From Comamonadaceae bacterium (GTDB lineage Bacteria > Pseudomonadota > Gammaproteobacteria > Burkholderiales > Burkholderiaceae_C), in assembly GCA_009996515.1 (NCBI GenBank), contig JAACZV010000007.1, positions 10,482 through 74,481 on the forward strand: 64,000 bases of DNA, read 5' to 3'. Below are positions 44,840 to 53,580 of this stretch, piece by piece (within the stretch, counting starts at the first letter, position 1; each line of letters starts with the position of its first letter). The notes under the pieces were generated by a model that saw only the letters and a program-made list of their open reading frames with translations, did no database searches and was not told where the DNA came from. A program made the position numbers and the translations under genes.

Positions 44840-46522
44840 TCACTCCGCCGGCGTCGCCGGCGCGGCGGGCTTGAGCATGGCGGCGAGGTTCTGCGCCATG
44901 CCAGTGATGCCCTGGTTGGACAGGCCGGCGTCCTGCATGACGGCGTCGACGATGGGCTTGGCGATCTGGTACTGCAGCGCCGAGTTCATGACCTGTTCCG
45001 GGAAGGTCGCGCCGTTGGCGGCGCCACCTTCCGAGCCGCCCTGCCCCGGCATGCCGTTCACCTGAACGATGCGGATGGAGTCGATGTTCTCCATCGGCTT
45101 CACCGCCTCGGCCAGGATGGTGGGCAGCTGCTGCAGCAGCTGGGTGCGCACCTGCAGGTCGATCTGCGCGGCGGACAGCATGTTCAACGCCTCGTTGATC
45201 GCGCGGCGGCCTTCGGCCTCGGCGATGGCGGCGGCCTGCTTGGCCTTGGCCTCGATGGTCAGCGCCTCGGCGCGGTCGATGGCGGCCTCCTTCTCGGCCG
45301 AGGCCGCCACCTTCACCGCGATGGCGTTCTGCTCGGCGTCCTTGCTGGCCTCGATCAGCTGGATGGCCTTCTCGCGCTCGGCCACGGCCACCTGGCGCGC
45401 CGTGTTGACGGTTTCCTCGGCCTTCACGGCCTCGGCGCGCGCCAGGTTGGCGGCGGCGTCGGCCTCGGACTGCTCGCGCGACTTGGTCGCAATGGCGATC
45501 TGCGTGTCCTGGCGTGCGATCTCGACCTGCTTGCGCTGCTCGGCGCGCTTGAGCTCGGCCTGGCGCTCCTGCTCGATCTCGCGCGTCTGGATGACGAGGT
45601 TCTTCTCGATCTCGGCGGCCTTGATCTCGCGCTCGGCCTCGATGCGGCGCTGGCCCACCTGGCGCTCGGCCTCGATCTTGACCGTCTCGGCCTCACGGCC
45701 GCGCTCGGCCTGCTGGGCCGCGATCAGCGCGACCTGCTCGGCCCGCGCCGTCTCGATCTCGCGCTGCTGCGACAGCGAGGCGAACTCCTGGTCCTTCTCG
45801 ATGGTCAGCTTCAGCCGCGAGGCCTCGAGGTTCTTGGTGCGCACCTGCACCTCGGTGTCCTGCTCGACGTCGTTGCGCTGCTTGCGGCGCGCCTCGGTCT
45901 GCTCGGTCAGCCGCGTCAGGCCCTCGGCGTCGAAGGCGTTGTTGGGGTTGAAGAACTGCTTGTCGGTCTGGTCGAGACTCGTCAGCGACACCGACTCCAG
46001 CTCCAGGCCGTTCTTCTCCAGGTCCTCGGCGACGGCGTTCTGCACCGCCTGCACGAAGTCGCGCCGCTTGTCCTGCAGCTCCTGGATGGTCATGGTGGCG
46101 GCGGTGGCGCGCAGGCTGTCCACGAACTTGTCCTCCACCAGCGCCTTCAGCTCGTTGGGGCTCATGGTGCGTGCACCCAGCGTCTGGGCCGCCGTGCTCA
46201 CCGCCTCTTCGGTCTGCTTCACGCGCACGAAGAAGGCCGCCGTCACGTCCACGCGCATGCGGTCCTTGGTGATGAGGCTCTCGCGCTCGCGGCGCAGCAC
46301 TTCGAGCTTGAGCGTGTTCATGTTGACGAGCACGCGCTCGTGGAACACCGGCAGCACGATGGCGCCGCCGTCCATGATGACCTTCTGCCCGCCCAGGCCG
46401 GTGCGCACGAAGGCCGTCTCCTTGGTGCTGCGCTTGTACAGCCGCGCGAAGATGAAGCCTATGGTCAGCAGCCCGACCAGGGCGATACCGGCGAGGCCGG
46501 CGATCTCGATGACGTTTTCCAT
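44840..46522 (-). CDS. yqiK: Flotillin/SPFH family protein (YqiK-like)
   Basis: N-terminal TM; AFVRTGLGGQKV, ITKDRMRVDV, NGLELESVSLT; long AEA-rich coiled coil; KPMENIDSIRIVQV. Confidence 0.92.
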   Translation of the reverse strand: MENVIEIAGLAGIALVGLLTIGFIFARLYKRSTKETAFVRTGLGGQKVIMDGGAIVLPVFHERVLVNMNTLKLEVLRRERESLITKDRMRVDVTAAFFVRVKQTEEAVSTAAQTLGARTMSPNELKALVEDKFVDSLRATAATMTIQELQDKRRDFVQAVQNAVAEDLEKNGLELESVSLTSLDQTDKQFFNPNNAFDAEGLTRLTEQTEARRKQRNDVEQDTEVQVRTKNLEASRLKLTIEKDQEFASLSQQREIETARAEQVALIAAQQAERGREAETVKIEAERQVGQRRIEAEREIKAAEIEKNLVIQTREIEQERQAELKRAEQRKQVEIARQDTQIAIATKSREQSEADAAANLARAEAVKAEETVNTARQVAVAEREKAIQLIEASKDAEQNAIAVKVAASAEKEAAIDRAEALTIEAKAKQAAAIAEAEGRRAINEALNMLSAAQIDLQVRTQLLQQLPTILAEAVKPMENIDSIRIVQVNGMPGQGGSEGGAANGATFPEQVMNSALQYQIAKPIVDAVMQDAGLSNQGITGMAQNLAAMLKPAAPATPAE

Positions 46523-46542
46523 GCTTTCTAGCTCCCTCGTTG

Positions 46543-47169
46543 TCAGATCAGATGGGGGTGCGGGTTGGCGATGCAGCGATAGAACGCCCCCAGCTTGCGC
46601 ACGATCAGGATCTGCGCGCCCTCCTCGAACACTTCATCGTCCAGGTCGGGTTCGACCATCAGGTAATGCGTGCGGCCATGGGCGTCTCGCACCCGGGCCT
46701 GCGCGGCCAGCCCGCGGCGCGCCGCGCCCGCGCTGACCACGCCCGAGCGCCCCACCAGCGACTGCTCGCTGACGGCGCTGCTCTCGTCGCGCGGCACGAT
46801 GTGCGCGACCAGGCTGCCCAGGCCGCGCACGGTGGCCAGGCCCGGCGGCACGGCCAGCAGCCCGGCCAGCCAGGCGGGGACGAAGCCGCCGAACAGGTTG
46901 AACGCCACCTTCTGCAGCGCGTAGCCGAACAGCGCATAGCCCAGCAGGAACAGCAGCAGCAGCACCAGCGCGGGCACGCGGCCCAGGTGCAGCCAGCCGA
47001 GCACGCGGTCCAGCCCCGTCTCGGCCGCATGCTCCGGCAGCCAGCTGTCGATGAGGTTGCTGGGGCTGAGCGCGATCAGCATGCCCAGGCCTTCCAGCAA
47101 CGCAATGGCGACGATCAGCGCGACCGCGACGCCGAAGGGCAGCGTCTCGGGCGAAGTGAACAGGTTCAT
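46543..47169 (-). CDS. yqiJ: YqiJ family membrane protein (NfeD-like OB-fold, DUF1449)
   Basis: ETLPFGVA..., WLHLGRVPALV, and a C-terminal AQARVRDAHGRTHYLMVEP OB-fold; directly upstream of the flotillin gene. Confidence 0.85.
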   Translation of the reverse strand: MNLFTSPETLPFGVAVALIVAIALLEGLGMLIALSPSNLIDSWLPEHAAETGLDRVLGWLHLGRVPALVLLLLFLLGYALFGYALQKVAFNLFGGFVPAWLAGLLAVPPGLATVRGLGSLVAHIVPRDESSAVSEQSLVGRSGVVSAGAARRGLAAQARVRDAHGRTHYLMVEPDLDDEVFEEGAQILIVRKLGAFYRCIANPHPHLI

Positions 47170-47197
47170 CGGCCCTCCCTTGGATTGGACGTTAGTG

Positions 47198-47866
47198 TCA
47201 GGCCTGACCCGCCTTGATCTGCGCCAGGCGTTCCGAAATCTTGTGGTCCCGCACCAGGTCGTCCAGCTCACGCAGCTGCGCGGCCTGCTGCAGGCTGCCG
47301 GCGCGCTGCGTGCCGTCCAGGCCGGTCTGGCGCTGGTAGACCTTGTCGAACGCGTCCGTGACGCGGCCCAGCCGCTGCTCCACGCTCACCTGCCCCAGCG
47401 CTTGGGCGGCCGACTCGGTGGCGGCGCGGCTCCTGCGGAACTCGGCCAGCGCCTCCTGCATCTCGCGCTTCTTGGCCAGCAGCGCCGCGGTGAAGCCCTG
47501 CAGCTCCTGCTCCTGGCGGGCCAGGTCGGCCAGCGTCGTCTCCAGCACGGGGATCTGGGCCTCGATGTCGATCTGCCGCGACACGGCCGCGCGCGCCAGG
47601 TCTTCGCGCTGCTGGGCCAGCGCCTGCGAGATCTGATCGCGCAGCTCCTCGTGGCCGCGGTTGAGCTTGGCGTGCTGCTGCTGGGCCAGGTGGCGGTTGG
47701 CGCTGACGACACCCAGCTCGTGGCGCACCTCGTCGATGACGCCCTCGGCCTCCCGGATGGCCTGCTCCATGACCGCCTGCGGATTGCGGTCCTCGATCTT
47801 GTCCAGTAAGGCGTGCATGCTGCCGGCGATCACGCGGCCCACGCGGGTCTTCAGGGAATCGGCCAT
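47198..47866 (-). CDS. PspA/IM30 family protein
   Basis: N-terminal amphipathic helix (LKTRVGRVIAGSMHALLDKIEDRNPQAVMEQAIRE), coiled coil, EDLARAAV motif, C-terminal ISERLAQIKA. Confidence 0.85.
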   Translation of the reverse strand: MADSLKTRVGRVIAGSMHALLDKIEDRNPQAVMEQAIREAEGVIDEVRHELGVVSANRHLAQQQHAKLNRGHEELRDQISQALAQQREDLARAAVSRQIDIEAQIPVLETTLADLARQEQELQGFTAALLAKKREMQEALAEFRRSRAATESAAQALGQVSVEQRLGRVTDAFDKVYQRQTGLDGTQRAGSLQQAAQLRELDDLVRDHKISERLAQIKAGQA

Positions 47867-47867
47867 G

Positions 47868-48371
47868 TCAGGCTCCTTTCGCGGCGGTGAGCGTCGAGGC
47901 CAGCTCGACGGTGGTGCTGAGGTGGCGCTTCACCACCTCGGGATCGAATGCATGCGCGGCGCCGGTGGTGGCCTGGCGCAGCAGGGATTCGCTGAGCAGC
48001 GCGGCGCGGCGCACCAAGGCGTCCTCCAACCTGGCCGCGTCGCCGGCGGTGGCCGGCGCGGCGCTGACGACCAGGGCCATCAGCGCCGTGACCTGCTCGA
48101 TGAGCTGCCCCAGCACCTCGGAGTGGCGGCCCTCGCTGCCCTCGATGCGCACCAGTGCCTCGCGCAGCCGGTGCGTCAGCTCGCGCGCCCAGGCATGGGC
48201 GGCCACGTAGTCGAAGGCACCGTCGTGCTGGCGCTTGAGCTGGCCCAGCAGCACGCGCAGCTTGTCGCTGTTGGTCGTCGCGCCGTCCACCTGCAGCTGC
48301 GCCAGCCACAGGTAGAGATCGCTCGGGATGCGAGCCGACAAGGGCTCCATCGTGATCGCTTGCGTCGCCAT
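47868..48371 (-). CDS. Hypothetical protein with a putative ribbon-helix-helix N-terminus
   Basis: MEPLSARIPSDLYLWLAQLQVDGATTNSDKLRVLL fits a strand-helix-turn-helix pattern; stop lies 1 bp before the pspA-like ATG. Confidence 0.68.
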   Translation of the reverse strand: MATQAITMEPLSARIPSDLYLWLAQLQVDGATTNSDKLRVLLGQLKRQHDGAFDYVAAHAWARELTHRLREALVRIEGSEGRHSEVLGQLIEQVTALMALVVSAAPATAGDAARLEDALVRRAALLSESLLRQATTGAAHAFDPEVVKRHLSTTVELASTLTAAKGA

Positions 48372-48403
48372 GAGGCACCGCCTTCAAATGAGTTCCAACG
48401 AAC

Positions 48404-48434
48404 ACGAATGTATTCGTTTGAATTCAAATGTCAA
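48404..48434 (-). promoter_or_regulatory. Sigma70 promoter with two overlapping palindromes
   Basis: Minus strand TTGACA-N16-TACATT. Palindromes TTTGAATTCAAA (48417-48428) and ACGAAT-GT-ATTCGT (48404-48417) cover the spacer and the -10. Confidence 0.78.
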
Positions 48435-48534
48435 CGCCGATCACGATCCAGTGTCATCCAGCCATGCGGCAGCACCCCTCCCGAGGTGGGAGAGGCAGCC
48501 GGCTGGGTTGGGGGACGGACGCGCGACGAAGCCG

Positions 48535-49587
48535 TCAGGCGGCGTCCAGCATCTGGGTGAAGAACTTCTCGCCGCTGACGCGCGGCTTGTAGGCCGACAC
48601 GGCCTTGGCGATGGCCGCGATGTGGTCGGGCGTGGTGCCGCAGCAGCCACCGGCGATGTTCAGGAAGCCGGCCTGCGCGAACTCGCCCACCAGGCGGGCC
48701 GTGACGTCCGGCGTCTCGTCGAAGCCGGTGTCGCTCATGGGGTTGGGCAGGCCGGCGTTGGGGTAGCAGCTCACGGCCACCTCGCCCGCCACCTTGGACA
48801 GCTCCTCGATGTAGGGCCGCATCAGCGTCGCGCCCAACGCGCAGTTCAGGCCGATGGCGATGGGCCGCGCATGGCGCACCGAGTGCCAGAAGGCCGTGAC
48901 CGTCTGGCCCGACAGGATGCGGCCGGACGCATCCGTCACCGTGCCCGAGATGATGACGGGCAGGCGCTCGCCGGTGTCTTCCATCAGCTCGTCCAAGGCA
49001 AAGATGGCGGCCTTGGCGTTCAGCGTGTCGAAGATGGTCTCGACGAGGAAGAGGTCGGCGCCGCCGTCCAGCAACCCCTTGGCCTGCTCGTAGTAGGCCG
49101 CGCGCAGCCGGTCGAAGTCGATGTTGCGCGCGCCGGGGTCGTTGACGTCGGGGCTGATGGAGGCGGTGCGCGGCGTGGGGCCCAGCGCGCCGGCGACGAA
49201 CCGCGGTTTGTCGGGCGTCGAGTACTTGTCGCAGGCGGCGCGGGCGATCTGCGCGGCGACCAGGTTCATCTCGTAGGCCAGCTCGGGCAGGTCGTAGTCT
49301 TCCTGCGCGATGGAGGTGGCGCCGAAGGTGTTGGTCTCGATGATGTCGGCGCCGGCGGCCAGGTATTGCTCGTGGATCTCGCGGATCACGTCGGGCCGCG
49401 TGAACAGCAGCAACTCGTTGTTGCCCTTCAAGTCCTTGCCATGGTCTTTGAAGCGCTCGCCGCGGTAGTCGGCCTCGCCGAGCTTGTAGCGCTGGATCAT
49501 GGTGCCCATGGCGCCGTCGAGCACGGCAATGCGGCTCTGCAGCAGGGCGGGCAGGTCTTGGGCGCGGGTGTAGGCGATGGGCTTCAT
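48535..49587 (-). CDS. metH: Methionine synthase, N-terminal homocysteine-binding domain (stand-alone)
   Basis: [61 protein letters not shown]; 350 aa, then stop. Confidence 0.95.
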   Translation of the reverse strand: MKPIAYTRAQDLPALLQSRIAVLDGAMGTMIQRYKLGEADYRGERFKDHGKDLKGNNELLLFTRPDVIREIHEQYLAAGADIIETNTFGATSIAQEDYDLPELAYEMNLVAAQIARAACDKYSTPDKPRFVAGALGPTPRTASISPDVNDPGARNIDFDRLRAAYYEQAKGLLDGGADLFLVETIFDTLNAKAAIFALDELMEDTGERLPVIISGTVTDASGRILSGQTVTAFWHSVRHARPIAIGLNCALGATLMRPYIEELSKVAGEVAVSCYPNAGLPNPMSDTGFDETPDVTARLVGEFAQAGFLNIAGGCCGTTPDHIAAIAKAVSAYKPRVSGEKFFTQMLDAA

Positions 49588-49757
49588 GGTGCGGGCATTT
49601 TCGCAGCCCGGCCAATGGCCCGGACGGGCCGGGTGTATGCGGCGCGCCGCGCCGCCCTGACGGCGCGGTCCGGCGGCGGGTTGCCGCCGCACCCTGGCAC
49701 CGCGGCCGGCGCCCGCTGGCCCGGCGGCCGCGGACCCGGGCTGGAGTGGTCGGCAAA

Positions 49758-49778
49758 GGTATAAGCTTGGGTTATGCC
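49758..49778. promoter_or_regulatory. LysR-type binding site
   Basis: GGTATAA-GCTTGGG-TTATGCC (ATAA-N7-TTAT, T-N11-A), about 80 bp upstream of the peptide-binding-protein gene. Confidence 0.62.
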
Positions 49779-49857
49779 GCCCGGCCGCCCGCGGCCTTGT
49801 CGCCACCGGCTCGACTACAAACAATCCGAGCCCGTTCCCTCTCTGAAATCGCCCGTG

Positions 49858-51444
49858 ATGAAGCCCCTCTCCATCGCCCTGCTGACCCTCCTGGCACTGG
49901 CTGCCGCGCCGTCGGCCCAGGCCCAGAGCAGCAAGCCCCTGATCTACTGCGCCGACGCCAGCCCCGAGGGCTTCGACCCCGGCATGTGGGACAGCGCCAG
50001 CACCAACACGGTCAGCAACCAGCTGTTCGACAGCCTGCTGGGCTTCAAGAGGCCGTCCACCGAACTCGCGCCGCGGCTGGCCACCAGCTGGGAGATCTCC
50101 CCCGACGCGCGCAGCTTCACGTTCAAGCTCCGGCAGGGCGTGAAGTTCCACAGCACGCCCTGGTTCAAGCCGACGCGCGACTTCAACGCCGACGACGTGC
50201 TGTTCACCTTCAATCGCTTCATCGACCCCAACCAGCCGTTCAACAAGGCCTTCCCGGCCAACTTCGTCTATCCGCAGAACCTGGGCCTGGCCAAGCTGAT
50301 CGAGGGCATAGACAAGCTCGACGAGCACACCGTCCGCTTCCGGCTGCGCCAGCCCAACGTGACCTTCATCGCCAACTTCGCGTTCGCCTGGGCCAGCATC
50401 CAGTCGGCCGAGTACGCGGCCCAGCTGCTGAAGGCCGGCAAGGCCTCGCAGATCAACGTGCAGCCGGTCGGCACGGGCCCGTTCCGCTTCAGGAGCTATG
50501 CCAAGGACGACGTGCTGCGCATGGAGGCCAACCCCGACTACTGGGGCAACAAGCAGCGCACCAAGATGCTGATCTTCAGCATCAGCCGCGAGCCCAATGT
50601 GCGCGTGCAGAAGATCGCCGCCGGCGAATGCCATGTGACGTCGCCGCTGCGCGACGTGGACGTGGCCTCGCTGGCCCGCAACGACAAGGTCAGCATCCAG
50701 AAGATCCAGGCCCTCAACATCTCCTACCTGAGCTTCAACCTGAAGAAGGCACCCACCGACAAGCGCGAGGTGCGCGAGGCGCTGGACATCGCCATCGACC
50801 GCAACGCCATCTTCAAGGCGCTGTTCCCGCGCGGCGACGCCATGCAGGCCGTCAGCGCCTTCCCGCCGGCCGTGCCCGGCTACAACAAGAAGCTGAAGAA
50901 CGAGTTCGACCCGGTCCGCGCCAAGGCGCTGCTGGCCAAGGCCGGCTACCCCAACGGCTTCGCCATCGACCTCTGGGCCCTGCCGGTGCAGCGCCCCACC
51001 AACCCCAACGGCCAGCTGATGGCCCAGCTCATCCAGCAGGACTGGGCCAAGATCGGCGTCAAGGCCAGCATCAAGACCTATGAGTGGGGCGAGTACCTCA
51101 AGCGCGCCAACAACGGCGAGCACAACGTCTACATGAGCGGCTGGAGCGGCGAGACCGGCGACGCCGACGAGTTCCTGACGCCCAACCTGAGCTGCGCCGC
51201 GAACAAGAACGGCATCAAGTTCTGCAACGCCCAGTTCGAGAAGCTCATCGACGAGGCCCGCGCGACGACCGACCCGGCCAAGCGCAACGCGCTCTACGAG
51301 AAGGCGCAGGAGATCTTCAAGCACGAGCGCCCCTGGATCACGATGGCGCATTCCACCGTCTACATCCCCATCCGCAAGGACGTCGTCGGCTTCAAGATGG
51401 CGCCCAACGGGTCGGTGGACTTTGAGGGCGTCTACCGGCAATGA
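49858..51444 (+). CDS. ABC transporter substrate-binding protein, family 5 (DppA/DdpA-like)
   Basis: Signal peptide; [45 protein letters not shown]. Confidence 0.92.
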   Translation: MKPLSIALLTLLALAAAPSAQAQSSKPLIYCADASPEGFDPGMWDSASTNTVSNQLFDSLLGFKRPSTELAPRLATSWEISPDARSFTFKLRQGVKFHSTPWFKPTRDFNADDVLFTFNRFIDPNQPFNKAFPANFVYPQNLGLAKLIEGIDKLDEHTVRFRLRQPNVTFIANFAFAWASIQSAEYAAQLLKAGKASQINVQPVGTGPFRFRSYAKDDVLRMEANPDYWGNKQRTKMLIFSISREPNVRVQKIAAGECHVTSPLRDVDVASLARNDKVSIQKIQALNISYLSFNLKKAPTDKREVREALDIAIDRNAIFKALFPRGDAMQAVSAFPPAVPGYNKKLKNEFDPVRAKALLAKAGYPNGFAIDLWALPVQRPTNPNGQLMAQLIQQDWAKIGVKASIKTYEWGEYLKRANNGEHNVYMSGWSGETGDADEFLTPNLSCAANKNGIKFCNAQFEKLIDEARATTDPAKRNALYEKAQEIFKHERPWITMAHSTVYIPIRKDVVGFKMAPNGSVDFEGVYRQ

Positions 51445-52340
51445 GACTGCGCCACATCGAGGTCTTCCACGCCATCATGCAGGCCGGCACCATCAGCGGC
51501 GCCGCCCAGCTGCTGCACATCTCCCAGCCGGCCGTGACCAAGGTGCTGCAGCACTGCGAGCTGCAACTGGGCATGCCGCTGTTCGACCGCGTGCGCGGCA
51601 AGCTCTATCCGACGCCCGAGGCCCAGCGCCTGTTCGTCGAGATCGACAAGCTCAACCGCGACCTGGTGGGCATACGCCGGCTGGCGGCCAGCCTGAAGAG
51701 CGGCGAGAGCGAGCAGGTGCGCCTGGTCGCCACGCCGGCGCTGGCGACGGCCGTCGTGCCCGCCGCGATGACGCCCTGGTGCAAGGCCTATCCCAACGCC
51801 AGCTGCTCGCTGGCCACGCACCACACGCGCGAGATCGTGTCGGCCCTGCTGCTGGGCGAGGCCGACCTGGCGCTGTCGCTGCAGGACCCCCGCCACCCCG
51901 GCATCAAGGCCGAGCCCATTGCCAGCGGCACCATGATGGCCCTGTGCCCGCTGAACAGCCCCGAGTCCAAGGGCGATGGGCCGCTGGGCCTGGCGGACAT
52001 CCGCACCGAGATCGTCGGCCTGCACAGCGACGACCCGCTGGCCGGCCTGCTCCACCATGCCGGCGAGGCCCTGGGCCAGCCGCTGACCAGCCGCATCAGC
52101 GTGCAGACCTACCAGCTCGCGCGCGCCCTCGTCGAGGCCGGCGTCGGCATGACGCTGGTGGACCCCTTCACCGCCGCCAGCGCCGACCTCGGCCGCGTGC
52201 GCGTGCGCTCCCTGTCGCCCGCCGTGCCCGTGCAGCTCTACCTGCTCAGCGCCGCCAATGCCCCGCTGGGCCAGGCCGCGCGACGCCTCGTCAAATTCAT
52301 CACCGCCGCTGCCCACGAGCACCTGGCCCGCCTGCCTTGA
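51441..52340 (+). CDS. LysR family transcriptional regulator
   Basis: [37 protein letters not shown]; ATGA-coupled to the upstream gene. Confidence 0.94.
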   Translation: MRLRHIEVFHAIMQAGTISGAAQLLHISQPAVTKVLQHCELQLGMPLFDRVRGKLYPTPEAQRLFVEIDKLNRDLVGIRRLAASLKSGESEQVRLVATPALATAVVPAAMTPWCKAYPNASCSLATHHTREIVSALLLGEADLALSLQDPRHPGIKAEPIASGTMMALCPLNSPESKGDGPLGLADIRTEIVGLHSDDPLAGLLHHAGEALGQPLTSRISVQTYQLARALVEAGVGMTLVDPFTAASADLGRVRVRSLSPAVPVQLYLLSAANAPLGQAARRLVKFITAAAHEHLARLP

Positions 52341-52948
52341 ACAGCCTGCCCATCGAAGACATCGCCGGCCATCCCGACTTCCGCCGCCTGGACACGCTCA
52401 GGCACGGCATCGCCGTGGACCTGCGCTACGCCACCGCCGACAACTTCGTCGGCCACCCCGTCTACGACGGCATCGCCTGCGACTGGCTGCGCCGCGAGGC
52501 CGCCGACGCGCTGGAGCATGCCGCCGCCTGGCTGCACGCCCGCCGCCCCGGCCACCGCCTGCTGGTGCTGGACGCGCTGCGCCCGCAGCGCGTCCAGCAG
52601 CGCCTGTGGGACGAGCTGCAGGGCACGCCGCTGACGATGTACCTGGCCCCGCCGGAGCGCGGCTCCATCCACAGCTTCGGCATGGCCGTGGACCTGACCG
52701 TGCTGGGCCCCGACGGTCGCGAGGTCGACATGGGCAGCGGCTTCGACGAGATGACGCTGGCCTCGCATCCCGATCACGAGGCCGAGAACCTGGCCCTGGG
52801 CGTGCTCAGGCCCCAGCATCTGATCGAGCGGGGCTGGCTGCGCGCGGCCATGCGCGAGGCCGGCTTCCAGGGCATCAGCACCGAATGGTGGCACTTCGAC
52901 TTCGGCGACCGCGTGGCGGTGCGGCGCGACCTGCCGCGCGTGCTGTGA
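52337..52948 (+). CDS. ddpX: D-Ala-D-Ala dipeptidase (M15D, VanX/DdpX)
   Basis: DLRYATADNF, DALRP, SIHSFGMAVDLT (SxHxxGxAxD) and EWWHF. TTG start overlaps the LysR stop. Confidence 0.9.
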   Translation: MNSLPIEDIAGHPDFRRLDTLRHGIAVDLRYATADNFVGHPVYDGIACDWLRREAADALEHAAAWLHARRPGHRLLVLDALRPQRVQQRLWDELQGTPLTMYLAPPERGSIHSFGMAVDLTVLGPDGREVDMGSGFDEMTLASHPDHEAENLALGVLRPQHLIERGWLRAAMREAGFQGISTEWWHFDFGDRVAVRRDLPRVL

Positions 52949-53120
52949 ACCCCTAGCCCCGCCGACACGGGCGCCCCACCGACCTTCACGCGGGTCCGGA
53001 ACCCGCATCCAGCGCGGGGAGTCATCAGGGCAAACACCAGGCACAGGCCCGCTCGAAGGCGTCGCCGCACCGCCTGATACTTGCGTTAGACCCCAACCGC
53101 AACAACCGCTACGGCTCGCC

Positions 53121-53573
53121 ATGAAGGAATGCTTTCGGACCACTCTGGCGCGGTGCGCCGCCACGACGGCCGTCGTGTGGTTGTCGGGCTGCGCCTCCGG
53201 ACCGCTGTCCTTTGTCGAAGGCGTGCCCTTGACCCGGACGGACACCAGCCTCTATCCCGTCCGGGTCGTCGCGGTGGACGGCAGCCTTCATTTCGACGGC
53301 CCCAGCCAGCCGGTGCAGCTGTCGCCCGGCGCCCGGCACCTGGTGCTGGTGGCCGCGCCCAGCCACAGCGCGAGGAAGACGGTGCAGAAATCCTTCGTCC
53401 TCCAGATCGAGCCCTGCCGGCGCTACTACCTGGCGGCGAAACGGCAGTCTTCGATGGACGCGGACTGGTCGCTCGTCGAGGAGCGGAAGGAGGTCGTCGC
53501 GGGCTGCGATGTGGCGGAGGAGCTGCGCAAGGCCGAGCTGCAGGCCAGGGCATCCGCCGGCGGCGCCCGCTAG
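53121..53573 (+). CDS. Hypothetical lipoprotein
   Basis: Lipobox-like WLSGC; beta-rich mature part (VRVVAVDG...EPCRRYYLAAK). Confidence 0.65.
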   Translation: MKECFRTTLARCAATTAVVWLSGCASGPLSFVEGVPLTRTDTSLYPVRVVAVDGSLHFDGPSQPVQLSPGARHLVLVAAPSHSARKTVQKSFVLQIEPCRRYYLAAKRQSSMDADWSLVEERKEVVAGCDVAEELRKAELQARASAGGAR

Positions 53574-53580
53574 GCGATGG

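Noticed and set aside
49588-49857. Possible cobalamin, SAM or SAH riboswitch upstream of the metH N-terminal gene
   Set aside because: Only generic GC-rich hairpins are present; I recognised no conserved riboswitch core.
48535-51441. 968-aa ORF suggesting a longer MetH N-terminal fusion
   Set aside because: The portion above 49587 is antisense to the peptide-binding-protein gene. MetH-like sequence starts at [10 protein letters not shown].
52990-53090. GGGCAAAC-containing segment upstream of the lipoprotein gene, resembling a c-di-GMP-I riboswitch start
   Set aside because: The GNRA-capped P2 and the downstream GACGCAAAGCC-like part are missing. An Rfam search would settle it.
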